NCBI GenBank assembly: GCA_030704615.1
Contig: CM060731.1
Span: 55,490,001-55,554,000 of the forward strand
DNA: 64,000 nucleotides
Direction: 5' to 3'
From: Takakia lepidozioides
Lineage: Eukaryota; Plantae; Bryophyta
Part shown: positions 35,107 to 45,339 of the stretch, piece after piece
Numbering within the stretch: the stretch's first letter is position 1
How the letters are laid out: every line of letters starts with the position of its first letter
Translations under genes and position numbers: made by a program
Notes under the pieces: generated by a model
Database searches by the model: none
What the model was told of the DNA's origin: nothing
What the model saw: only the letters and a program-made list of their open reading frames with translations

Positions 35107-38100
35107 GGGAGGGAGTGGGTGCACCAGAGAAGAGACATCGTCGCAAGCTCCAAAAATTGTACCCACTGGCACACTCGCAACGACGAATTCGAGGCAATCC
35201 TGAAGGGTGATCCCGACTTCGGCCATATGTCGGGTAAAATGTTCTTTGTGTGGGACGGGAATCACCGACTTCTCGCCTGGTGGGAGTACATCAAGCATAA
35301 CCATGCCAAGCACATTGGCTGGCATTACATGGTGGAGTGTGTCATCCTCAAGGTGAAGGCGGCAGATTCCTCCCTGCTCAAGAATGCCATGGCGGACCTC
35401 AACTCGTAAGATACTCATACCCTCCCAACCATGTTCGAAATGCGGTGCCGCATTTCGGTTTCCAATCTGTTTTGTTTCCGTGCTTCCGTGGACTGAACTG
35501 GAGAGTATGCCTTGCAGGGTCACTGAAAATGCGTACGTGCATACCCACATGGCACATATGCTGTACAGGGTGAGGAAAACTGGTCTCACTGATCCGCACA
35601 TGTTTGCGGAAATGCTGGAGCCCGAGCTCATTCAGAAAGCCGTGGCAAAAACTAACCGGACATGGTATCGTCTCACTATGGATGGAATGGTGGAGGTGAT
35701 ATATGAAGTAAGTCGTCCTCCCATTCCCCTCTGCTCATCCTTCCCCAATTTCCGGTAATCTTTCCACATGAATCGAATGTAACGCTTCTGCATGTTTTGT
35801 TGGCAGTCAAACATCAAGCTGGATTTGGCCCATGCCAAACGCTTCTTCATGAAAAGTGAGGGGCGGGTCAAAACGTTGCAGTCATTGACTGAGCACTTTA
35901 AGGAAGCCGGGGTCAAGTCCAGAACGAAATACAAGTCAAAGCTTGTGAAGCTGGTGGCCATTGCAGATCCGGCACTTGGAAAGGACTTCATCCCCGAGAT
36001 TGCAAAACACTATTCTCATGCCATGGAGTCGACCATGCAGTTGGAGAAACTGCATCACCTCTCAACGGCATGTGTTGAAGCGAAAGAGAAGGTGATGTTT
36101 CAATTCACTGAAGTTCCTTCCTAGCAATAGCCACTCTTCTTCCTGCTCTTGACATTGGATCGGAAATGGCAGACACGGTGGCTATCGATTTGGAATGCAT
36201 CGGAGAGTATAAGGACAATGTGGTCTTTTCCACTCGAAGTTTCCGACCCTGCAGTGGATGTGTGGCTCAACCGCATGACTTGGTGGTTCCAGGTAATTCA
36301 AGGTACTTCCCCAGAGTTGCTTTTCTGAAATGAATTCCCTGAACTGCTACGTGACAATGCATGTGGGAATCGCACGTAATGACGAATGCGAAGGAGCAAG
36401 TCGTAATGCATACAAATTCATTCAGCTTGTACGTCAAATGGGATGGAACACAGATATTGGAAGACTACGTGACATGTTTCAGATGTGCTTACAAGGACAA
36501 CCTCTTCGCCAGGGAGCTACGACAACAAAAGGAGCGGGAGTTTACGAGGGAGAGCGTAAAGCTGCAATGCGAATGTTTACAGGTGAAGCCCAGCTGTCCT
36601 TGTACGCAAAGCCTGGTAATGAGGTTTGTCTGGGAAATGCGGCACCGCATTCGCATTTTATGTTTTCGGTTGCACTCTGCGAGTACGTTGGTCTCAACTT
36701 TTGCTCACGCATGCTGACTGCCCTGCAGATATATGAAATACCTGCTTCTTCATACAGGGGCCCTGACTCAAGAGCCCCCGTTCTTCAGGCTTGGACCGTG
36801 GCGGGCCCAAGCTGGTCTACACCCCAGCTGCAGAAACATGGCATGCCGCGCATCTGGTTGGATGCCCGTGGTACCTGGACATGTCTGGCGGAATTGTTGA
36901 CGAGTCTGAGAAAGATCTGCACGCAAAAGCAGAAGAGAAGAGAAAGGAAAGACGTGTCCCTGCTCGGCTAGAGTCGGCAAAGGAAGCTGCTCTGCTCTGG
37001 AACAATCCAGAAAGGCAGCTGAGATGGCACAGAAAACGGTGGATGCAGCTGTGCAGGCTCAACAGAAGGGGTCGAAGAAGCGGACTCGCCAGCAAGGAGC
37101 AGCAGTTGTGACACCCAAGAAAATGAAGAAGCAGAAACAGATAGTGCAGGTAGAGGGTGAGGAAGAGGACTCCGATGGAGACTTTGCAACCAGCCCCCCC
37201 CCGAGACGCAGCCCCTGTGCCCACCATTGTCACGAGAGGACGAGAACTGGCTCGGCAAAGAAGGCACTCTTCAACCCCCCGGGGGGGCACCCTTTCGAGC
37301 CGGTGGAAATGAAGAGGCCGAAAGTGGATCCCGATACAGTAGTCCAGTGTGTGAATGAGAGTTTCTTGGCGGCTTTGGATGGACGGGCAGCCAAGTTGGC
37401 ATACATGAAGACCATGGAGGTCTGAAGGGCAGAGCACTGAAGAAGGCGGCTGCCGAAGAGCCTTCCGACACCCCCGGGTTTCTGAAGATGGTCTCGTTCT
37501 TTGAGAGGGTGTGTGCAGACAAGGATTGCAGGACGGGCGGAAATGCCACCGATTGGTCTTGCGATATGATCATCTTGGATATTCCGGACGGAGAGCCTGT
37601 GGAAGGACTGCAAGCTTTGCCATCTTGGAACAGGTACTCCGAGGACTTTTGGAAGAAAGGATTCGGGCTCACCCACATGGTGTTGGACGACAGAGGTTGT
37701 GTGGTTGTCCTGGCGAGCAGAGGCAAAAACACGCAGATAAGAATTGCGAAGTGGACCCGCAAGAGCGCCGTCCCAATTCTGAAGAAGAAGTGGACGTGCA
37801 TCAACACATTGGGCCTTCGGTCGGAAGGGAAGAAGGTAATTACGATCTGGCACTCGTCCTTTCATTTTCTTAGGAGTTTTGAAATGCGGTGCCGCATTCG
37901 ATTTCTAATCGTTCCCCATGTGTATGCAGACGAAGCAGTTCGATGCATACTGCTTTGTGAAGGAGAACAACACCTTTGCTTTCCGGAAGGAGGGATTGTT
38001 GGTTGACCCGAATTGCGACCCCATCGATTACGACGTCCTGTTCAACAACGTTCCCACGGAACTTCTCCCTCATAGCCTCACTTCAACTGAACCCCTGCGG

Positions 38101-38713
38101 TATTCACGCACTCAGAGCCCTGCCTTCATTCAGACAATTATGGAGACATGCACTGACGTGGAGGGCACAGTGCTCGACCTCATCTGTGGGACAGGTATGC
38201 AGAATCTTGTTGTATGCTTTTCTGCAAACTCTCGTTATGCTTTCATTCGCAACATCTGAAGGGCCATGTCATAATGTGTGGATGGCATTGTAACAGGTGC
38301 CTCAATGTGGGCTGGGCGGTTTTCCGACCGGCACCTCTTTGCCTACGAGGAGGACACAGGCGTCTGGGGATCCCATCTGGAAGGGCTGCAACGAATGTGA
38401 AGGCTCCCATCGAAGACAAGACTCCTCGGATTCGTCGGAGTCGGAGGAAGAGACAGTGGACATTGATGCCGAGGAGAACCCGGAATACGAGTGAGTGCAA
38501 ACATTGTAAGTTTGCAAAGCCTTCTGTGTGATTTTTTGTCAAACGCATATCCGGACTGTGGTTCTCATTGGTCTCATTGGTGATTGTTATGTGCAGGATT
38601 GGAGGATCCGGGTCGAAACATGTAAGGCCTACACTTCCTGCCAGGAAGAATGTCCCATTCTTGCGAGGGCCGACTTCATGACGAGCCCCGGTGAAGGACT
38701 ACTCCCTTCCTAG
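35107..38713 (+). pseudogene. Spliced ParB-like + N4C/N6A MTase-fold fusion of element B (N-terminal half of ParB domain apparently deleted)
   Basis: MFFVWDGNHRLLAW; CDMIILDIPDG; QSPAFIQTIMETCTDVEGTVLDLICGTG|ASMWAG..RHLFAYEED; introns at positions equivalent to element A; 3' end uncertain. Confidence 0.78.
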
Positions 38714-39200
38714 TTATGCAGCTAAACTCGCAAATACAGCGATTAGACGATGTGAGAATCCCAGTAAAGTAAGCAATTTTGGAGAGGGCTAGGGAGGACA
38801 GAAGGATAAGGAAAGAGTTGGCAACAGCTGAGGCAGGTAGACGGGTGCGAAAGTTCATATGTGATTCAGCGGATGAGAGCGATGCAGACAGGGAGGACGA
38901 CGAGCCAACGGAGGTGAGATGGTCGGTTCCGCAAGGTGAAGATGGGATTTTTGAAAGCCTGGCCAACAACCAGTCCGCTGGAGATGAGAAAGGCAATGAC
39001 GGGGTGGAGGCGGAGCAGGACAGTCAAGGACAAGACGACAATAATGATGATTTTCAAGATTAATACAATTTTAATGAACTCTCTGTACATTTAAATTCAA
39101 TTCCAGAGTATATAAAGGGAATTCTCCCCGTCCTTCATGTCCCCTCTCCCATGTGCTTCTAAACGACAACATCGTCCAAACCTGGTCCCTCCCAAAATCT

Positions 39201-40232
39201 GAAATGCGGCACCGCATTTCAATGTCTGAACGGAAATGTGGCAACTGCAAACCTCCTTAAGAAATGCGGCACCGCATTTCCAAAACCGGGGCAAAAACAA
39301 ATTTCCGTCTCATGGTTTGGACATCAGAAACTGTTCGGACAAACGGAAATGCGGTGCCGCATTTCCGTTTCTGACACGGCAGTTTTGCCGATTGCCAGCT
39401 CCTTCCATGGATGTAAATCGAAATGCGGAGGTCAAACATGGAAATGCGGTGCCGCATTTACCTTTTGGAGATGGACATTTTTCCAACTGCAGACCCATCG
39501 ACGTTCTTGGGCTCCCAATTCCATGATGCTAGACGGGAATGCGGCACCGCATTCCATTGTCCAATAAGAAATTTCGATGACGTACATGGAAATGCGGCGC
39601 CGCATTTTCAAAAGGGACATCGTTGTTTGCCCAATTCCAGACCCTTTGATGGAAATGCGGCACCGCATTCCATCGTCCTATAAAAACTTACATTTCCTAT
39701 AAAACTTTCAATGCCCACATGGGAAATGTGCGCCGCATTTCCAAAACAGACATCATTGTTTGTCCAATTCCAGACCCGTGTGGCGTCTTGATGGACGGAA
39801 ATGCGGCACCGCTTCCATTGTCCGATTCGATATTTTGATGACAGACATGGAAATGCCGTGCCCATTTCCAAAACTTCCATCGTTGTTTGTCCAATTCCAG
39901 ACCCTTCGACGGAAATGCGGCACCGCATTCCATTGTGCTCTCCGGAAATGTTGTTCCGCATTTCATTGTCCGGTGTGAAATTTCGATGACGGACATGGAA
40001 ATGCGGTGCCGCATTTCAAGTATGGACATGGACAAGCATTAGCGACTGGACATGCTTGGATAGTTCAAGGTCGAATATGGAAATGCGGCGCCGCATTTCA
40101 AATTCGAAGTATGGTAATGCCATGTCAGGAAATGAAATGTTGTACAGCATTTCCGTTACGACGACAACGGAGGAAAAGGAGCTGCCAGAAATCGCTTCAT
40201 GGAGAAAATGGAATGCGGTGCCGAATTTCCGA
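39201..40232. repeat. Second array of ~18 B-type palindromes with different spacer DNA, downstream of ParB-MTase
   Basis: ATG of the half-site at 39204, 39236, 39264, 39349, 39444, 39539, 39592, 39655, 39726, 39801, 39853, 39915, 39948, 40001, 40083, 40137, 40213. Confidence 0.93.
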
Positions 40233-40505
40233 GCTTCGGCGGTACATGTTTCCTACAACTCATACATGGATTTTCTTCACCTCAGGACTATGATATCGCT
40301 GACTCTGGTATATTCATATGGACAGACACATTGTAGAAATGAGACCTCAAATTGTAAACAGTGGGCCAATTACGACAGTTCTTGAACACGATGAAACACA
40401 AGCACACAGAAGTGAGGTACGATGGGTTGTTTTATTGATCGAACATGGTGTCTCACATTTAGCAACTCCAGACAAATCTAAGCCCTTCCTCCTTCTACAT
40501 GGGTG

Positions 40506-41205
40506 TCACCAAGTCGACGGAATTTCGATAGCCCTCAAAACAAGCTCATTACTGATGCGACATCTCGAGGTAAACTGCAATGCGGTCGATCTGGTGCCCT
40601 TGGTGGAGCTGACGACAATGTCATGCCCATCAATCATACCACCATCATACATTGACAAGGTCACTATGGGCCTCTGTGCCCGTGCGATTCGTCTTCGCAA
40701 CTCAGCCGAATGTCTCCATACACTGGAAAAGCGGACTGAACTCCACGAATATAGTTTTCCCCGGTGCCGTCCTCCCTGGTCCACTGGCAGCAGTTCCAGC
40801 GCCAAAGTGAGGCCGTGCGTGATCTGTCCGGCATCCCATTCCACCTTGGTATATTCGAGGTCAACAATTTTCAGGACCCAGGACCGCATTGACCCTCGCC
40901 CTCACCTCGCTCAAAGCGGTAATAGCCCCTCCAGATACTCCATTGCGCGCAAAGACTCCCGCTGATTCCAGATGCGTCTGTGAAAGTGAAAGCCAGACAA
41001 TGATGTCTCCTGATTCTGGTTTGAACATAGCATAATCGTGGCCATGATAAGGGCAGTCAGCAGGATTTCGGCGGCACGGCATCCCTGAAAAGAGTAGCGC
41101 AGTACGCTCAATGATAGCAGCTCCCGGATGGAGGAGGTAGCAGCACGGTGGCTCGAAGAAATTCAAGCAAACGCTGCAATTCCTCACAAACACTCCAGGG
41201 CACAT
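40506..41205 (-). CDS. Unknown ~220-aa protein, paralog 1 (frameshifted)
   Basis: MPCRRNPADCPYHGHDYAMF..SGDIIVW / ELLPVDQGGRHR / TLSMYDGGMIDGHDIVV..ALQFT..ELVLRAIEIP aligns with the ORFs at 41483-42203(+). Confidence 0.75.
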
Positions 41206-41482
41206 TTAAATTTCCCCCGACATGAACCTGCACGGATGAAGATTGGCTCATCCATGAATGTAGCCGTTTCAGTTTCCTTCCTGCCATGCAAACTATGGGC
41301 AGTAAGTGCCAGGTGGGCCTATAGCCACTCGAGACGACGAAGTCCATCCCCCCTTCGATGTAAATGCGGCGCCGAATTTCCATCCGGGGGATGGACTTCG
41401 GTGGCAGATTTCAAACTATACCCCCGTGGATGAGAAAGAGGTATCGGTTCATCCACCGCTGGCTTGTTGAACACGTTACACG

Positions 41483-42203
41483 ATGATTGGTGGGTGGGTA
41501 CTTGTGACCCAGATGGTCCCATTATTGGAGCCCGCACTGCTCTTCCGCTTCTCATCATTTCGAAAATCTAAGGGCTTCGTTGTTGTCCGCAAGGTCATTG
41601 TCATCGGCATCAAAGACGTCCTCAGGTCCTCCTTTGCAAGGATGCCGTGCTTCCGGAACCGGGACGACTGCCCTTATGGAGGCATCGATTATGCAATGTA
41701 TTTGGCCACATCGGGAGACATCGTTATCTGGTACACACATTACACAGAAGATACTGGTTCGAATGTGGAAACATTGTCCGCTTTTGAGTATCTCCCAAAC
41801 CAGTATGCCTTCGAGCGGGGTGACGATCTTGGTCTGAGGAGTCCATGGCTCCTGCGCATCCTTGATTCCGATTTTCCCAGCTACGACGGGCACCCATGCA
41901 GAAAATGCGCACTGCTATGCTGTTGCGGTGGAACTGCTGCCAGTGGACGTGGGTGGACTCCATCGGAGAGACTATACTCCTGAAGGAGTGCGCTCATCTT
42001 CTCCATTGTATGGGGACATTCGCATTGGTGTGGACGTCGAAAACGTGAAGCTTTCCATATTCGATGGTGGTATGATTGAAGGGCAGGACATTGTGGTGAA
42101 CATCAACAGGGGCGGTACAACGGCTGCAATCCAGTTTACTTGGAGGAGCCGGAAGACTCATGAGCTAGTTGTGAGAGCAGTCGAAGTCCCATTGACAACG
42201 TGA
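41483..42203 (+). CDS. Unknown ~220-aa protein, paralog 2 (frameshifted)
   Basis: MPCFRNRDDCPYGGIDYAMY..SGDIVIW / ELLPVDVGGLHR / KLSIFDGGMIEGQDIVV..AIQFT..ELVVRAVEVP. Confidence 0.75.
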
Positions 42204-42610
42204 CTTGTATTCAGAAGGCACATGGCTAAAGATTTGTTTGCACAATCAGCACAGTAGACGTGCTTCAAATGCAATTCATGTGGATCAATAAAAACCCCAT
42301 TGTGCCCTCGTTTTGTTCTATTCTGTATCCATCGTTCCCAAAATGCATCATTCCTCATTTCGTTTGGGATTGGGAGTGTGGGAGGATTTTGCAAGTGGCT
42401 GGTAGGCTGAAATGGGCCCCCATTGTACAGATCAGTACCACCCTACCATTCGCGAAACATTGCCTTTCAATATGTAATTCTAAAAAACATTGCCGAACCT
42501 CCTTCATCGGGAGGTCCTTCTCCCCCTATGACCGTGACCCCTAAACCCTATTCCCGCGGACACTCATTTCCGGAAAATAGTCCTGCTCATGTTTTTTTTG
42601 ACACTTACGA

Positions 42611-42656
42611 CTCTGCTCATGGCTCATGGCTCATGGCTCATGAAATAGCAGCCCCC
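42611..42656. repeat. Right terminus of element B
   Basis: ctctgctcatggctcatggctcatggctcatgaaatagcagccccc is inverse to the left-end ATTTCATGAGC motif. Confidence 0.75.
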
Positions 42657-43150
42657 AAAGATTTGGCTTCACTACTTTGCATGATCTTGCCTCGTGGTCT
42701 CACCCTTTGAAGTTGTGGAGTTTTAGATGTGTTTGTATCCCCTGCTTTAGATCATTGCATTGTTATGAGCTCTGTGTCTATACGGCATGCCATAAACTCC
42801 CTCTCAAGTAGTGCATGTGAGATCTGCATCTAAGTTGTTCCTAGTGTGTCCATTCTCTTGCGAAACAGAGAGAGGGTTCTATTCTCCTGTGCATCCAGTG
42901 AAATAGTTCTCATACGCACATTTGCCTCTTGCATAGGTTTGCAGTTGCATTTCAGGACACCTCGCATACTTCTATTCTAGTTTCCTGTCTCTCAGGATCT
43001 CTCCTTTCCGGTTTGATTCACAGTATCTGAAATTTTTCCAGGGGTGCATAACTGGCCCCCCTAAAACTTGTTTGCCCGGATTGTGTTTATCTTGCACCCG
43101 GTGCATCCGCGTTGTACTGCTATACTTGTTTTGACACTTTATGTGAACCT

Positions 43151-43440
43151 GCCTTAGCCCCAGACACCGCCCACCCCCCCCGCACACCACCTCTTTGCCG
43201 CGCCTCAGCCCCAGCCAACCCCCCACGCCGCCATTTCGCCGCCCCTCAGCCCCAGCCCTCAGCCCCCCCCCACCACGCCCCCCCCCCATCCCCCCACGCC
43301 GCGCCTCAGCCCCAGCCACCACCCACCCTCCTCCCCCCCCCCCCCCAACCACCCGCTCCGATGCACCTCAGCCCCGGCCACCACGCCCCCCCCCCCATCC
43401 CCCCCACGCCGCGCCTCAGCCCCGGCCACCACCCTCGATC
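43151..43440. repeat. C-rich tandem repeat (CCGCGCCTCAGCCCCAGCC plus C-runs)
   Basis: About 6 copies of CCTCAGCCCC separated by C-rich linkers, abutting the inner edge of the left TIR. Confidence 0.9.
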
Positions 43441-44483
43441 CGTAAACCGTAAGGTATAAGTCCCCTTCTAGTCATATTTTCTAGCTCGGTGCGCATGCCT
43501 TACCTTTGGGGCCGGGCTTTGTGGCACCTAAAAACAACACTGCATTTTCATGTGCCGAGGGATAAACGAGTGAATGAATATGAATTTCGTGGGATGAATG
43601 GGGTCCCAATGGTTGAAAAGGAATATGGCACAGAGAAGGCCACATAACGTGTCCAGGGGTCTTTATCAAATTAAGAGCAACATTGATCGAAAAAAATGGA
43701 GACCGATAAATGTTCGTATCACTATTTTTTTTATGGATTACCGGGCACGTGGAACGAAGTGTGTGATGATGTGGCTTATCTCAGTGCGCTCTGGAGTTAT
43801 TAACATTGCAGACGATGGGATGATGGCGGGTCAACCCTTGATGTAGTAAGGTATCCATGTGGGAATTAATGACGGAGATGCAAAGGAGTATCTCACCCAA
43901 CATCCTTTGAGTTCGATGTTATCAAATTTCGATGTTTGTTATTTCTATTCTCTTGTGTTGCAAATCCAAATGATTTTTGTTTGTTTTCAAACTTTGCTAG
44001 TATGTTCTACATACCATCTGAGAGGTCGTGGACGAGTTTGGGATCAACCAAAATTGATGGAAAGGGCGAACGAATGGTTCCCCAGTCAGCAAGTGGAGGG
44101 CCCATTTCCTGACATGCACGAGGTGGCGGTGCCCCCTTATGAGATCTGCGATTTGCCGGTTTAGTTGGGCTCTAAGAAAATTGAAGGGCAGCCCGCCCCG
44201 GCATGCAGCCCGGCTCCAAAATGTAAAAATCACCCAACAATTTGTGCAACTTTGTAGGTCACTATATATCAATGTCTTACATTAAATTTTTTGACTTGTA
44301 CATTACTAGTGCATAGTGACACAAATAAGGTGACCTCTAAATAATGGTTTTCATCTTTTACTCCTTTTGTTCCGAAATAAAAAGCACTTTTGATTTCTTC
44401 ATGTATTTGTACCTCTTCATATATTTGTATTCTTCACGTATTTGTATTTATTCTTTTATTTTATTTTACTTTATTGTTTTTTT

Positions 44484-44702
44484 CTAAAAAAAAGGGGAAC
44501 ACCTCGGGGCGACAGCTCACAAATCAGGCCCCTTAACAGTGAGAGGAGAAAATAACCTCTTTCACAGTAACCCGCGCAGCGAGGCATAGGAACGGGACCA
44601 AGAACCGGGAGAAAGAGTATGCCACACCCCGTCAGTAGCAAGATTCGACCCCAGAATCGCCTCAGTCGCACTTAGTGCACTTAGCCAACTGAGCTACCGA
44701 CT
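44484..44702 (-). mobile_element. tRNA-derived SINE-like element
   Basis: Minus strand has A box TAGCTCAGTTGG (44685-44696), B box GGTCGAATC (44642-44650), a ~150-nt body and a T-run end in AT-rich flanks. Confidence 0.7.
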
Positions 44703-45339
44703 GTTGGTTTTTAATTTCCGAATGGTAAATCACAAAAAATCAAAAGTGATCACGGAAATCACTGCAGAGAAGCCAACGTCGACACACACAAGGAATCTGA
44801 TACTCAGAGTGCCTGCACATCTTCCAATGATATGAAAAGCTCTGGTCTACAACTCCTAGTAGAAGTCTATCTTAACGCTATTTAGTTCACTTGACTCACC
44901 GCCAAGTGTAGCCAAAACACAACTTCAAGAATATTCACACCTAATCTCCATTCTCAATGGCACCTGATGCCCAGTGCACTACAACACACAACCGCGCCTT
45001 GGTGTTGAAACAATTGACCTGCCGACTCCCCTGGAAACAAAATTTTTCTGGAATTCCTGCAAAACTTGTCACACACATCGTATCAGTGTAACACAAAGCT
45101 GATGAACTCATTGATTGGTTCATGAAAACATACTTGTCATTAATTTGTGTCCCTTTTTCACAGGTTCTTGAAGTTGGTCCATGGTTGAATACAGAAGCAG
45201 TCTAACTTAGTAGTATACTTCTATAGCGTGGAAAGGTGTGACAGCAACAAGAGAATATAGAAATGTCACCAAACACAAAAAAATAGAGCCAGTATCCCAA
45301 TGAATCTCACCTTCTCAATACTCCATGAGCCATCACAAA

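Larger units (their letters stand above)
21009..42656. mobile_element. Mutator-like DNA transposon 'element B' (~14 kb after removing two LTR insertions)
   Basis: Ends share the inverted motif ATTTCATGAGC and tandem ATGAGC(C)/GCTCAT repeats; contains transposase(-), ParB-MTase(+), two palindrome arrays and a divergent paralog pair; no TSD found. Confidence 0.8.

Noticed and set aside
42645-42656. TSD for element C (atagcagccccc versus atagacccc at 50038-50046)
   Set aside because: Not identical; better explained as the termini of B and C respectively
42972-43459. Pro-rich/Gly-rich extensin-like ORFs
   Set aside because: Products of the C-rich tandem repeat and TIR sequence
43598-44164. Transposase remnant inside element C
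   Set aside because: Short ORFs with no DDE or other motif I can recognise
44640-44702. Functional tRNA gene
   Set aside because: A and B boxes are present but no convincing acceptor stem or cloverleaf; treated as a SINE head
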